Below, piece after piece: positions 49,394 to 60,105 of a stretch of DNA of 64,000 nucleotides. The notes under the pieces were generated by a model. It saw only the letters and a list, made by a program, of their open reading frames with translations, did no database searches and was not told where the DNA came from. The position numbers were made by a program, and so were the translations under genes. Numbering within the stretch: position 1 is the stretch's first letter; every line of letters starts with the position of its first letter. Where the stretch lies: positions 1 to 64,000 of the forward strand of contig JAWODC010000001.1 of assembly GCA_046483495.1 (NCBI GenBank). The letters are read 5' to 3'. This stretch comes from Desulfobacterales bacterium (GTDB lineage Bacteria; Desulfobacterota; Desulfobacteria; Desulfobacterales; UBA5616).

Positions 49394-50983
49394 ATGTGGG
49401 ATGTGGAAGTCGATCTTGTGTCGGCGGGTTCCAGTTGTGGTGGACTAGTGGGTGCGATTACCGGTCATGATCACGGGTTGTCCACCATGGTCATCGAAAA
49501 GTCATATTGCTTTGGCGGTGGTGCGGCATTATCAGGTGGTGTAATATGGATACCCAACAACCATCACATGGCCAAAAAAGGTCTTGAAGATTCCCGTGAA
49601 GATGCGCTAACCCACCTGCAGCATATCGGTCTTGGACGCCATGACGAAAAAAGAGCAATTGCATTCATCGATTACGGACCGGAAATGCTCAAATATATCG
49701 AGGAGAATACGCCTTTAAAAATGACGATCCTTCCCCGTTACCCGGATTACAGGTCCGAACTCCCGGGGGGACGGTTTGCAGGTCGTTATCTTCTCCCGAG
49801 TCCTCTTCCCATGGCCATGGTGCTGGCGGAGGCTGAAAAAAAATATCCGATTCTAGACAAGGTCAGAAAACCTCCTGTGTCCCTGCAGCTGGGTATGCCC
49901 GATGAATTGTGGGCCGGCGGTCGAACACTTATCGGACCTCTTGTTCTGGCATGTATCGACCGGGGCATTGAAATCCGGCTTAAAACCCGTGCAAAAAAAC
50001 TTATTGTAGAGAACGGCAGGGTAATCGGGCTTCGTGCCGAACATGACGGAAAAGACCTGTTAATTAAAGCAAACAAAGGCGTCCTTCTTGCCACAGGCGG
50101 ATTTGAATGGAACCTTCAAATGAACAAAAGATTTATCGAGGGTGATATTCATCCGTTTACCAACCCCCAGAATGAAGGGGACGGTCATATCATGGGAATG
50201 GAAATCGGAGCCGCCGTCGCCTTGATGGATCATACGGTACGATTGCCCACCATCCGCATCCCCGGTGAGGAAATTGACGGAAAACCGCTTTATCGTCTGT
50301 TTCTTGCAAGCTGCGGCAAGCCCGGGGACATCATCGTTAACCGACAAGGAAAGAGATGCTGTAACGAATCCTTCTATCTTGATATGGGGCGCGCCTTTCT
50401 GGAGAGGAATACATCCAGTCTGGCGTATACAAACAGGCCTATTTACTGGATTGCGGATCAGTCCCATCGCAATAAATATTTCTGCGGTCCACTGGCGCCC
50501 GGAAAACCGGCCGACGGCTGCACATGGATACAAAAAGCAGATTCAATACAAAGCCTTGCGGAAAAGCTCAATCTCCCCTCGGAACAGCTTGAGCAAACGG
50601 TGGAAGAGTTCAACCGGTATGCCAAAGAAGGAAAAGATCCGGTTTTTCATCGAGGCGAAACCGCTTACGACCGTATTGCTGGTGACCCGAACCATTCCCC
50701 CAATCCGTCTATCGGCCCCCTTGAAAAGCCCCCGTTCTACGGCATCGAATTGTTTCCCGGTACTGCCGGAAATCAGGGCGGCCTTGTAACGAACCGCTGT
50801 GCGCAAGTAATTGGCATCAGAGGAGAAGTGATTCCGGGGCTGTACGGAACAAGCAACGCCACCGCACATCTTGCTATGGGATCGGGATACAACAGCGGAT
50901 TCTTCAACGGCCGCAGCATGGTTTTCGGATATGTCGCTGCAAAACATATGGCCGGTTATCCGGAGCTTGAACAATCAGAATAG
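49394..50983 (+). CDS. KstD/flavocytochrome-family FAD oxidoreductase
   Basis: WDVEVDLV, GGGAALSGG.IWIPNN, YPDY, GVLLATGGFEWN, RCCNES.Y, GKDPVFHRGE.AYD. Confidence 0.82.
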   Translation: MWDVEVDLVSAGSSCGGLVGAITGHDHGLSTMVIEKSYCFGGGAALSGGVIWIPNNHHMAKKGLEDSREDALTHLQHIGLGRHDEKRAIAFIDYGPEMLKYIEENTPLKMTILPRYPDYRSELPGGRFAGRYLLPSPLPMAMVLAEAEKKYPILDKVRKPPVSLQLGMPDELWAGGRTLIGPLVLACIDRGIEIRLKTRAKKLIVENGRVIGLRAEHDGKDLLIKANKGVLLATGGFEWNLQMNKRFIEGDIHPFTNPQNEGDGHIMGMEIGAAVALMDHTVRLPTIRIPGEEIDGKPLYRLFLASCGKPGDIIVNRQGKRCCNESFYLDMGRAFLERNTSSLAYTNRPIYWIADQSHRNKYFCGPLAPGKPADGCTWIQKADSIQSLAEKLNLPSEQLEQTVEEFNRYAKEGKDPVFHRGETAYDRIAGDPNHSPNPSIGPLEKPPFYGIELFPGTAGNQGGLVTNRCAQVIGIRGEVIPGLYGTSNATAHLAMGSGYNSGFFNGRSMVFGYVAAKHMAGYPELEQSE

Positions 50984-50986
50984 ATA

Positions 50987-51289
50987 GTGTCTGGAATAAA
51001 AATGATACCCATACCTGAATCCAAAATAAACAAAAGGGCCGCAAGGATACTTACAGATGAAGGCAGGAGTATTATCGATATTGAAAAGATGACCCGGGAT
51101 GGCGGCAGGCTCTATATGCACGGCATGCTTATGGGACAATTTGAAACATCCGTTTTTATTACGGTAGGGGATCTCTTCAAAATGATTTCCATGATTTTAA
51201 GACCGGGGCCACTAATGTTCGTGTTTTTTTCTCCATTTTTGTGGCTGAAATGCAAGTTTGGAAAAAAGAAAGAAATCGATGAGCCGTAA
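50987..51289 (+). CDS. Small hypothetical protein with C-terminal hydrophobic segment
   Basis: Fills the gap between co-oriented genes; overlaps the downstream start. Confidence 0.55.
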   Translation: MSGIKMIPIPESKINKRAARILTDEGRSIIDIEKMTRDGGRLYMHGMLMGQFETSVFITVGDLFKMISMILRPGPLMFVFFSPFLWLKCKFGKKKEIDEP

Positions 51290-51893
51290 AAACAAAAAAA
51301 AAGAGACAGAAAATATCCTCAAACCTATAAAAAAGGCTGCCGGATATATCCTTGTCGATCCGAAAAAGTGCCAGGGATGTCTGTCCTGCATGCTGGCATG
51401 CTCTCTGGCACATGAAGGACTCGAAAGCCTTTCTTTATCAAGAATCCAGGTGACGCAGAACTCCTTTGAAAAATGGCCGGACGATTTAATGATTTACCAG
51501 TGCAGACAATGCGTGGAAGCTCCTTGTGTCCATGCTTGCCCCTACAGCGCCTTAAGGGCTGATCCGGAAAATGGATACGTCAGAATGGTCGACCGGGAAA
51601 AGTGTATCGGCTGTGGCAAATGCGTCCGGGCATGCCCTTATCAACCGGGCGGCCCTATCGCATCCGCCGACCGAGCATATGAAGGCCAAAAGAAAAGCCG
51701 CAAGTGCGACTTATGTGCAGATACACCGTTCTGGGAAGAAACCGGCGGTGTGGGTGGAAAACAGATTTGTATCGAAGTCTGCACCCTAAACGCGATATCT
51801 TATACCACCGACACACCCGAACAATCTGATGACGGATATCGGGTAAACTTAAGAGATGAGGATTGGGGAAAATTAGGCTTTCCGACGGATTGA
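51279..51893 (+). CDS. 4Fe-4S dicluster subunit of AOR
   Basis: CQGCLSCMLAC, CRQC..APC...CP, CIGCGKCVRACP, KCDLC..C.EVC; directly upstream of aor. Confidence 0.85.
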   Translation: MSRKNKKKETENILKPIKKAAGYILVDPKKCQGCLSCMLACSLAHEGLESLSLSRIQVTQNSFEKWPDDLMIYQCRQCVEAPCVHACPYSALRADPENGYVRMVDREKCIGCGKCVRACPYQPGGPIASADRAYEGQKKSRKCDLCADTPFWEETGGVGGKQICIEVCTLNAISYTTDTPEQSDDGYRVNLRDEDWGKLGFPTD

Positions 51894-51947
51894 TCCGGAA
51901 CAGTCCCGGTTCCCCCTCCTTGATAGGTTAAAAAAAGAGGGATTCGA

Positions 51948-54068
51948 ATGAATGGTTATGCCGGCAAGATATTGAGGGTAAATTTAAGCAATAGAGCAAT
52001 CAACGTAATCCCGACGATGAAATACGAACAATGGGTCGGCGGGCACGGAATGGGTTCGGCCATATTTTACGATATCATGATCAAGGAAAAAAAAATCGAC
52101 CTGGAACGGATTGATGGTTTTCATCCGGAAAGCGTTATGACGCTTATGACCTCGCCTTTGTCGGGAACTTTGGTCCCTGCCGCATCCGGAAGAACTGAAG
52201 TCCAGGCAATCGGATTAAGCACCTCACCTATCGGATGGTTTACGAGAGGAAATTTTGGAGGCCGTTTTTCCAGCCAGTTGAAATTTGCCGGGTGGGACGG
52301 TATCGTCATCGAAGGAAAAGCGGATTCACCGGTCTGGCTGGACATAAGAGACGACGATGTTCACATAAACTATTGTGAAGAATTGTCACTATGGGGAACA
52401 AATACCCGTGAATGCCAAGAACGAATCTGGGAATATGTCGCCGGCAATCGGAAATACGGGGGATGGATAAAACCGAGAGGCGGGGGAAAAGGCCGAACGA
52501 CCCAGAGACCCGCCGTATTGGCGACCGGTCCTGCAGGGGAAAATCTATGCCGCATAGCGTGTCTCATTCATGATGCGGCCAATGCCGTAGGTTACGGAGG
52601 TTTCGGCGCCGTATGGGGTGCAAAAAACCTCAAGGCCGTCAGTGTCATCGGAACATCCGGCTTCACGGTAGCCGATCCAAAGTCCCTGCTGAGAGCCCGG
52701 CTGGCCCACCAGCAAAATTACGTATTCAAATTTGAAAAAGCAGCTGCCTATCAGCCCTCATCGTCCTTCGGACATACCCCGACAAATCCTTCCTTGATAA
52801 AATACAAACCGGGCAAAAATCGTCCCCAGGCATGTGTCGGTTGCCACGCGGGCTGCCGAAGCAGGTTTGAAGGCGGTCTTGCCAAAGAGGTAAAGTGCGG
52901 TCCCGGTGTTTTTTACTGGAAGGCAAAAAATCACGAGGTGCGCTTCAAATCCATGGATTTGATGAATGAGCTTGGACTTAATTATTACGAAGTAAACGCT
53001 CTTCTCGATTACCTTGTGCCTCTTTATAAGAAGGGCCTTGTCGGACCCGGCAAGCAGATCTCCTGCGATATAGATTTTGGCGATTTCGGCAGCTATGATT
53101 TCATCCATGATTTTTTTCATTCGATCACCTATAGAAAGGGCGGGTTTGGGGATGCAATGGCCCAGGGCTGCTACAGGGCATCCCGAAAATGGGGAAGAGC
53201 CGAGGAAGACCTGGCAAGCGGCCTTCTTGAATGTCCGTATTGGGGCCTTCCTGAACATGCTTATGATCCGAGAGCGGAAGTATCCTATGGTTACGGCACC
53301 GTACTGGCCGATCGGGACATCACCGAGCATGACTTCAACGGTCTTTTCTACGATCCCACCTTTGCCGTAATGTTAAAAAAGGAGGCGGCCGCAAGCGCTG
53401 AGCGGGCCGTCGCCATATATACAGGCAAAATAATCCCATACAGCGATGATATGCTGATGCTCGATTACAGCACGGAAAATATTTACTCCGAACACATGGT
53501 CAAGCTGGTGTCCTGGCATCGCCATTACACACGGTTTTGGAAACATTCCGTTTTGTACTGCGATTTGCGATGGCCGGATATGCTCAACATAATGGCCCCG
53601 GATCTGGTGGGATCCAGCGGAACTGCGGAACCTGAATTTTTCAATATCGTTACAGGCAAAAACCTGACTTTCCTTGACGGTATCGCACTTGGAAAAAAAA
53701 TCTGGAATCTCGATCATGCCATATGGACCCTTCAGGGCCGGCACCGGGACATGGTTCAATTTGCCGAATACATTTACACCAAACCATTTGACCAGGTTCC
53801 AAAGCTGGGGGTAAATTATTATCTGCTGCCCGGCAAGGAAAACGGCGAGTGGAAATACATCGACGTAACGGGAAGGCATCTTGACAGAGATAAATTTGAA
53901 CAGTTTAAAACCAATTTCTACGAATTTGAAGGATGGGACCCTTCTTCGGGATATCCCCTAAACAGCACTTTAAATGATTTGGGACTGGAAGATGTCTCGT
54001 CTGAGCTTGCTCTTAAAAACAAAATAGGCGCCGAACACGACATTAAAAACGGCGTGAGCCATACATGA
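51948..54068 (+). CDS. aor: Tungsten-containing aldehyde:ferredoxin oxidoreductase family protein
   Basis: GYAGKILRVNLS, GG.G, LKFAGWDGIVIEGKA, GPAGEN, GFGAVWGAKNLKAV, ACVGCHAGC, FYEFEGWD..G.P. Confidence 0.9.
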   Translation: MNGYAGKILRVNLSNRAINVIPTMKYEQWVGGHGMGSAIFYDIMIKEKKIDLERIDGFHPESVMTLMTSPLSGTLVPAASGRTEVQAIGLSTSPIGWFTRGNFGGRFSSQLKFAGWDGIVIEGKADSPVWLDIRDDDVHINYCEELSLWGTNTRECQERIWEYVAGNRKYGGWIKPRGGGKGRTTQRPAVLATGPAGENLCRIACLIHDAANAVGYGGFGAVWGAKNLKAVSVIGTSGFTVADPKSLLRARLAHQQNYVFKFEKAAAYQPSSSFGHTPTNPSLIKYKPGKNRPQACVGCHAGCRSRFEGGLAKEVKCGPGVFYWKAKNHEVRFKSMDLMNELGLNYYEVNALLDYLVPLYKKGLVGPGKQISCDIDFGDFGSYDFIHDFFHSITYRKGGFGDAMAQGCYRASRKWGRAEEDLASGLLECPYWGLPEHAYDPRAEVSYGYGTVLADRDITEHDFNGLFYDPTFAVMLKKEAAASAERAVAIYTGKIIPYSDDMLMLDYSTENIYSEHMVKLVSWHRHYTRFWKHSVLYCDLRWPDMLNIMAPDLVGSSGTAEPEFFNIVTGKNLTFLDGIALGKKIWNLDHAIWTLQGRHRDMVQFAEYIYTKPFDQVPKLGVNYYLLPGKENGEWKYIDVTGRHLDRDKFEQFKTNFYEFEGWDPSSGYPLNSTLNDLGLEDVSSELALKNKIGAEHDIKNGVSHT

Positions 54069-56245
54069 ATCAAAACCAGGATAAAACAACGCGCGTAATT
54101 CCGACGGTATGTGCCAGTCATTGCGGAGGTTCTTGCCTTCTTAAAGTTCATGTAAAAGACGGCATAATTAAGCGAATAGAAACCGATGATGGTCCGGAGC
54201 CCCAGCTGCGCGGCTGCATGAGGGGCCGGGCATACCGCCAGCGCGTGTACGCAAAAGATCGATTGCGGCAACCGTTAAAGCGGGTCGGAAACCGGGGAGC
54301 TGATCGGTTCGAGCCGATTACGTGGGACGAAGCACTGGACACGGTGGCGGACCGAATGCGGCATACCAAAAAACATTACGGAAACAAATCGATTCTTTAT
54401 CTAAGCATGTCAGGGGACGTCGTCAGCCTTCACAATACATCCACCATATCCAGATTACTGGCGATGTTCGGAGGCTTTACGACTTGGTGGGGGACTACCT
54501 CATTTCACGGCGGAATGTTTGCATCCTACTTTGCCTACGGCACAATTTTCGCCTCCAATACCCGGGATGATCTCCTAAATTCAAATATGATCATCATGTG
54601 GGGATGGAATCCTGCCGTTACCGTCACCGGAACCAATACGGCCTATTATCTGTTCCAGGCCCGGGAAAAAGGAGCTCGTATCATAGCCGTCGACCCTTAC
54701 TATACGGATTCTGCCGCAGCGTTTGCAGGGCAGTGGATTCCCATAAAGCCGGGGACCGATACGGCGATGCTTGTAGCGATGGCGTACGTCATCATTAAAG
54801 AGGGTCTTCTGGATCAACAGTTCACCGACACCTATACGGTGGGATTTGATAAGTTCAAGGCGTATGTCCTGGGGACGGACGACGGCGTGTCCAAAACGCC
54901 GATATGGGCCGAGGCAATCACCGGAGTATCGGCAGATACAATAATCTCTCTTGCCCGGGAATATGCCTCCCAAAAACCGGCGGCCTTGATGTCCGGCACC
55001 GGGCCCGGACGAACCGCTTATGGGGAACAGTTTCATCGCGCCACCATTACCCTTTCGGCAATAACCGGTAATGTTGGAATCCCCGGTGGGGATGCCGCAG
55101 CCAGAGCCTGGGAATCCATCGTAGGGGGTTACCCCTATCAATTCGCCGGCGCGCTGCCATACACCGTCAATCCGGTTGAAAAACCGGTGCCGTATCCCGG
55201 GTTATGGCTGCAGAAGACATATCCGAATATCCATTATACCAAAATCGCCGACGCCATCCTTAACGGCAAAAAAGGCGGGTACCCGGCGGATTACAAAATG
55301 GCGATTATTTGCAATGCAAATTATGTTAACGCCCTGCCCAACATCAACAAGATCATAAAAGCGATGTCCGCCCTGGAATTCGTGGTTGTAGAGGAACAGT
55401 TCATGACGGCAACGGCAAAATATGCCGATATTATTCTACCCACCACAACCTATATGGAAAGAAACGACCTGATCAAAGGGGTAGGATCGGCTTTTTATGG
55501 AATACAGAACCGGGTGATCGAGCCGGTGGGCGACACCCGATCCCATAACGAGATCGCCAAGGAACTGGCCGAACGCCTCCATATCGACGATTATGACCCA
55601 CTTAGTGAAGAAGATCGCCTGAACAAGCTCTTGAACCGAATGAAAATCGATGACGTGGAAGCCTTTAAAAGAACAGGTATTCACAGGCTTCCCCTGACCG
55701 GTTCTCATGTAGCTTTTAAAGAACAAATCGATGATCCTGTCAACCATCCGTTTGGTACACCTTCCGGAAAGATCGAAATTTATTCTCAACGGATTGCGGA
55801 TATGAACAATCCCCTGATCCCTCCTATCCCTCGTTACATCGAACCCTGGGAAGGCCCCAATGATCCACTGCGGAAAAAATACCCGCTTCAGCTCCTCACA
55901 AATCACTGGAAAGGGCGGGCCAACTGCCAGTATGCCAACATGCCGTGGGTCCGGGAGCACACGCCCCAGGCCCTTTACATGAACACGAAAGATGCCGAGG
56001 CTCGGAGCATTCGAGACGGGGATGACGTCCGTGTGTTCAATGATCGTGGAGAAACCGTAACACCGGCTGCTGTGACGGAACGGATTATTCCGGGAACGGT
56101 AATTCTTCCCTTCGGAACATGGTACAATCCGGATAATAACGGTGTGGACCGTGCCGGCACAAGCAATGTTCTGACGCGAGATGAGCCGTCTCCGGCCGGT
56201 GCGTTTGCCTATAATACGGCCCTGGTGGAAGTTCAAAAGTTATAG
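54065..56245 (+). CDS. dmsA: Molybdopterin oxidoreductase, DmsA/YnfE family, no Tat signal
   Basis: CASHCGGSC..LRGC.RGR.YR, WGTTS (Ser-ligand position), WG.NP, PGTDTA, TPSGKIEIYS, KYPLQL. Confidence 0.85.
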   Translation: MNQNQDKTTRVIPTVCASHCGGSCLLKVHVKDGIIKRIETDDGPEPQLRGCMRGRAYRQRVYAKDRLRQPLKRVGNRGADRFEPITWDEALDTVADRMRHTKKHYGNKSILYLSMSGDVVSLHNTSTISRLLAMFGGFTTWWGTTSFHGGMFASYFAYGTIFASNTRDDLLNSNMIIMWGWNPAVTVTGTNTAYYLFQAREKGARIIAVDPYYTDSAAAFAGQWIPIKPGTDTAMLVAMAYVIIKEGLLDQQFTDTYTVGFDKFKAYVLGTDDGVSKTPIWAEAITGVSADTIISLAREYASQKPAALMSGTGPGRTAYGEQFHRATITLSAITGNVGIPGGDAAARAWESIVGGYPYQFAGALPYTVNPVEKPVPYPGLWLQKTYPNIHYTKIADAILNGKKGGYPADYKMAIICNANYVNALPNINKIIKAMSALEFVVVEEQFMTATAKYADIILPTTTYMERNDLIKGVGSAFYGIQNRVIEPVGDTRSHNEIAKELAERLHIDDYDPLSEEDRLNKLLNRMKIDDVEAFKRTGIHRLPLTGSHVAFKEQIDDPVNHPFGTPSGKIEIYSQRIADMNNPLIPPIPRYIEPWEGPNDPLRKKYPLQLLTNHWKGRANCQYANMPWVREHTPQALYMNTKDAEARSIRDGDDVRVFNDRGETVTPAAVTERIIPGTVILPFGTWYNPDNNGVDRAGTSNVLTRDEPSPAGAFAYNTALVEVQKL

Positions 56246-56287
56246 AAGCCGATCACCCGCAATTGTGATCGGTATTCGGGAAAATAT

Positions 56288-56836
56288 ATGCAACTCGGAT
56301 TCTATTTCGATCAAACCCGATGCACGGGATGTTTTACATGTTGTGTTGCCTGCAAAGACTGGCATGATATACCGGCGGGATCCGTGCATTGGATCAAAGT
56401 GACGTGCCTTGAGAGCGGGACTTTTCCCGCAGTATCCGTGGCCTACCGGGTCAGACCCTGCTACCATTGTTCCGAACCAATCTGTATTGAAGCATGTCCC
56501 GTCGATGCCATAAAAAAACGAAAGGAGGACGGCATCGTGACCGTGGACCGGAATTTATGCATTGGTTGCAAGGAATGCCTGAATGCATGTCCTTTCGGCG
56601 CACCGCAATTCGAAGAAAGTAATCCCGATCCAAAGATGCAGAAATGCGATCTTTGCCTCGATCGCTGGATGGAAGGGAAAAAACCGATATGTGTGACTGC
56701 ATGCCCGACACGTGCACTGGACGCAGGCCCAATGGATGAGCTGGCAGAAAAATACGGTGCGATGCTTGAGACCGCCGGATTCAACTATTTCCGGGAAGCA
56801 GGTCCGTCGGTGATTTTTAAGCACAAGCCTGTTTAG
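56288..56836 (+). CDS. dmsB: DmsB-like iron-sulfur subunit
   Basis: QLGFYFDQTRCTGC.TC.VACKDW, CYHC..P.C...CP, CIGC..C..ACPFGAPQ, KCDLC. Confidence 0.88.
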   Translation: MQLGFYFDQTRCTGCFTCCVACKDWHDIPAGSVHWIKVTCLESGTFPAVSVAYRVRPCYHCSEPICIEACPVDAIKKRKEDGIVTVDRNLCIGCKECLNACPFGAPQFEESNPDPKMQKCDLCLDRWMEGKKPICVTACPTRALDAGPMDELAEKYGAMLETAGFNYFREAGPSVIFKHKPV

Positions 56837-56890
56837 CCCTTTTTCCTTCGGTTTTTTCAAAAATAATTCTTTTTTTTGCAGGGAGAGATC

Positions 56891-57364
56891 ATGACGGATA
56901 AACCAGTTTTTCAGGAAGTCCTACAAGTGGGTCTGGTGGTCAGAGACCTGGATAAATCAATTGAAAAATACACAAAAATTATGGGCATTGGTCCATGGAA
57001 AGTATATCATCTGGATAAACGAACCCTGAAAAATGTGACGGTGAAAGGCAAACCGCAAGACCTCAGCATGAAAGTCGGGTTTGCCCAAATCGGAAAAGTG
57101 CAGATTGAATTGATTCAACCTCTGGAGGACGGCGGGATTTACGCAGAATTTTTGGAGATGCACGGCGAAGGTCTTCATCACATTGCCTGTGCTGTGGATG
57201 ACTATGATGAGACGATCACCCGTCTTGCAAAGGGAAATATCGGTATTCTGCAGGCGGGCGATACCTCGGATGGTATGGGCTTTGCCTACTTGGATACCAT
57301 GAACGTCATGGGATGCATCACCGAAATTTATCGATACCCAAAACGAAGGTCGGCAGAAAGATAA
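56891..57364 (+). CDS. VOC/glyoxalase family protein (methylmalonyl-CoA epimerase-like)
   Basis: QVGLVVRDLD..GIGPW, QIELIQP, FL..HGEGLHHIA, FAYLDT. Confidence 0.88.
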   Translation: MTDKPVFQEVLQVGLVVRDLDKSIEKYTKIMGIGPWKVYHLDKRTLKNVTVKGKPQDLSMKVGFAQIGKVQIELIQPLEDGGIYAEFLEMHGEGLHHIACAVDDYDETITRLAKGNIGILQAGDTSDGMGFAYLDTMNVMGCITEIYRYPKRRSAER

Positions 57365-57366
57365 AA

Positions 57367-59328
57367 ATGATGTTTAAATACGTACTTGAACCGGTAAATA
57401 TCGGCTCATGCACCATACCCAACAGGGTGGTGTTTGCCGGTCACGGAACAAACTTTGCAAGGGGATGTGTTACCGACAAAATGATCGCCTACCATGAAGC
57501 GCGGGCGAAAGGCGGAGTTGGACTTACTGTTCTTGAAATACTTGCCGTTCATCGAACCAGTCCTCACTCGTTCAGTGCATTCGACAAAAATCTTAAAAGC
57601 TCTTATGAAAAACTGTTAAAAGCGATCAGGCCCCACGGCACGAAAGTGTTTCAGCAGTTATGGCACGGCGGCCACCACGCATTCACACTCGATGGATCAC
57701 CACCCTGGTCTTCCTCGGATATTCCGGGTGTTAACGAAAGAGTTGTTCCCCATCCAATGACCCACGATGAAATTCAGGAAATCATTGACGCTTTTGCAAA
57801 AGCCGCCTGCATCTGTGAAGAGGCCGGCCTTGACGGCGTTGAGCTTCATGGCGCTCACGGTTATCTTATTCAGCAATTCATGTCGGCGCTTACCAATAAA
57901 AGAACGGATCAATACGGCGGCAGTTTTGAAAACCGGATTCGGTTCACGCGTGAAGTTCTTCAGGCGATCCGCAAAGCCGTAAGCGAAAGCTTCGTCGTGG
58001 GCATTCGATTAAGCCACGAAGCCACACCCGGCGGCGTAGATTCCGATGAAAATATCAGAATCGTTAAAAATCTTGAGGCGGATCGGCTGGTGGATTATAT
58101 CAGCGTTTCTCTGGGTGGATATATCGCTTTTCCAAAAATGATCGGGGCCATGCACGAACCTATGGGATATGAACTTCCTACAAGTGCTCCGGTCACCGCC
58201 TCGACCCCCCTTCCGTCAATTATTGTGGGCCGGGTGAGAACACTGGAAGAAGCCGACCAGGTTTTAAAGGACGGCATAGCCGATCTGGTGGGCATGACCC
58301 GCGCCCATATTGCCGATCCTGAACTCATATCCAAAACACGCGCCGGGCGTGAAAAGGAAGTCCGGCCGTGCATCGCCTGCAATCAGGGGTGTGTTGGTGA
58401 GCTAAACGGCCCCCAAGGAAGACTGGGATGTGTGGTAAACATTGCCGTCGGTAAAGAACGTATCCTTGGAGAAGATAAACTGGAGAAGGCAAACCCACCG
58501 AAAAAGGTTCTGGTGGTCGGGGGAGGCCCAGCCGGTCTCGAGGCAGCCCGAGTCGCTGCATTACGGGGACATCACGTCATGTTGATGGAAGCACAGAACA
58601 AGCTGGGCGGCACCGTCAACCTTGCGCGACTGGTCCCCCATCTGTACGGGCTTCACGATTTTATCCACTGGCAAATATCCGAAATTGACCGTCTGGGTGT
58701 CCATGTCCAAACCAATACATACGTGGAAGCATATGAAGTGAATCGGACATCGCCCGATGCGGTCATTATTGCTACGGGCGCCCTTCCCCGCATGGACGGT
58801 ATTCAAACGGCAATTCCGGGTGAACCGGCCAAAGGCCTGGACCAAAAACATGTATTGTCCTCAATAGATTTATTGTCGTCTTCTCGAATTCCCACGGGCA
58901 AAAAGGCGGTTGTATTTGACGATGTCGGACATTATGAAGCGATCGGTGTAGCGGAGTATCTGATGGAAAACGGCTTTTCAGTCACTTTTGTAACGAGCCT
59001 GAGAGAATTTGCACCTCACATGCACACGGCATTGCGGGCAAATGCCGCTCTTGAACGGTTGTCAAAAGGAGATTTCAATCTTATGACAAGGGGTCGGCTT
59101 TGCGAAATAAACGAGAAAAGTGTTGAGGTGAAGTACCTTTACGGCGATGAAAGCCTGCTTATACCCACTGATGTGGTGATACCGGTTTTTCATTACAAGC
59201 CCGACTGTTCCCTGAAAGAGGAACTTGTCGATTTTTCAGGCGACATGCTCGTGGTGGGGGATGCACTTTCACCCAGATTCTTAAAAGGCGCCATTCATGA
59301 CGGATATCGCGCGGGCATGTCGATATAA
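57367..59328 (+). CDS. OYE-family FMN/FeS/FAD oxidoreductase
   Basis: NRVVFAGHGT, ARAKGGVG, ELHGAHGYLIQQF, CIACNQGC..C..N, VGGGPAGLEAA. Confidence 0.9.
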   Translation: MMFKYVLEPVNIGSCTIPNRVVFAGHGTNFARGCVTDKMIAYHEARAKGGVGLTVLEILAVHRTSPHSFSAFDKNLKSSYEKLLKAIRPHGTKVFQQLWHGGHHAFTLDGSPPWSSSDIPGVNERVVPHPMTHDEIQEIIDAFAKAACICEEAGLDGVELHGAHGYLIQQFMSALTNKRTDQYGGSFENRIRFTREVLQAIRKAVSESFVVGIRLSHEATPGGVDSDENIRIVKNLEADRLVDYISVSLGGYIAFPKMIGAMHEPMGYELPTSAPVTASTPLPSIIVGRVRTLEEADQVLKDGIADLVGMTRAHIADPELISKTRAGREKEVRPCIACNQGCVGELNGPQGRLGCVVNIAVGKERILGEDKLEKANPPKKVLVVGGGPAGLEAARVAALRGHHVMLMEAQNKLGGTVNLARLVPHLYGLHDFIHWQISEIDRLGVHVQTNTYVEAYEVNRTSPDAVIIATGALPRMDGIQTAIPGEPAKGLDQKHVLSSIDLLSSSRIPTGKKAVVFDDVGHYEAIGVAEYLMENGFSVTFVTSLREFAPHMHTALRANAALERLSKGDFNLMTRGRLCEINEKSVEVKYLYGDESLLIPTDVVIPVFHYKPDCSLKEELVDFSGDMLVVGDALSPRFLKGAIHDGYRAGMSI

Positions 59329-59342
59329 AAAGGAGTGGACAT

Positions 59343-60089
59343 GTGAAAATTCTCGTTTCGGTAAAACGGGTCCCCGACCCCGAAATGACTGTAGAAATCG
59401 AGCCTGACGGCAAGGGAATCGATGTATCACGCATAAAATACAAGGCCAACCCGTTTGATGAGATTGCCTTGGAGGAGGCACTGCGCATCAGGGAAGCAGA
59501 GGGGGGGGAGGTGGTGATTGCCAGCATTGGACCTGAAAGTGCACAATTTGAAATCAGAGGCTGTCTTGCAATGGGCGCCGATTGGGCAATACTGGTCGTG
59601 ACCGATTCGTATCTCGACCCCGATTCGGTTGCCCGCATCCTGGTCGAACTGGTTAGGTCCGAAAAACCGGATATCGTCCTGATGGGAAAGCAGGCATCGG
59701 ACAGCGATGATGTTCAAGCCCCGCAATTATTGGCTGAATATCTCGGTTGGGGTCAGGCATGTTTTGCTTCAAAAATAAACATCGAAAAAGGCCGGGCCGT
59801 TGTGCATCGGGAGATTGACGGCGGCACCGAAGTTGTGGCCCTTAATCTTCCCGGTGTGATCAGCGCCGATCTCCGATTAAATGAACCCCGCTACGCCAAA
59901 CTTCAGGATATTTTAAAGGCGAAAAAAAAAGATATAATAAAATTATGTGCTTCCGATCTCGGTATCGATATCGATCCAAAAGTTGTGGTTAACCGCTACG
60001 CCTATCCACCAAAACGAAAACCCGGACGGATTGTCACGGATGTGACCGAACTCATTGCAGCTCTGAAGCATGAGGCAAAGGTTATTTAG
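59343..60089 (+). CDS. etfB: Electron transfer flavoprotein beta subunit
   Basis: KILVSVKRVPD, NPFDEIALEEALR, LAMGAD, GKQASD, DLRLNEPRYA. Confidence 0.93.
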   Translation: MKILVSVKRVPDPEMTVEIEPDGKGIDVSRIKYKANPFDEIALEEALRIREAEGGEVVIASIGPESAQFEIRGCLAMGADWAILVVTDSYLDPDSVARILVELVRSEKPDIVLMGKQASDSDDVQAPQLLAEYLGWGQACFASKINIEKGRAVVHREIDGGTEVVALNLPGVISADLRLNEPRYAKLQDILKAKKKDIIKLCASDLGIDIDPKVVVNRYAYPPKRKPGRIVTDVTELIAALKHEAKVI

Positions 60090-60105
60090 AAGGCTTGGTA
60101 AAAAG

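Noticed and set aside
55436..56236. Long antisense ORFs (e.g. 55436..56236, 22716..23354, 2736..3278)
   Set aside because: Shadow frames of well-supported genes on the opposite strand with no recognisable motifs.
54065..56836. Periplasmic DMSO respiration
   Set aside because: No twin-arginine signal and no dmsC anchor.
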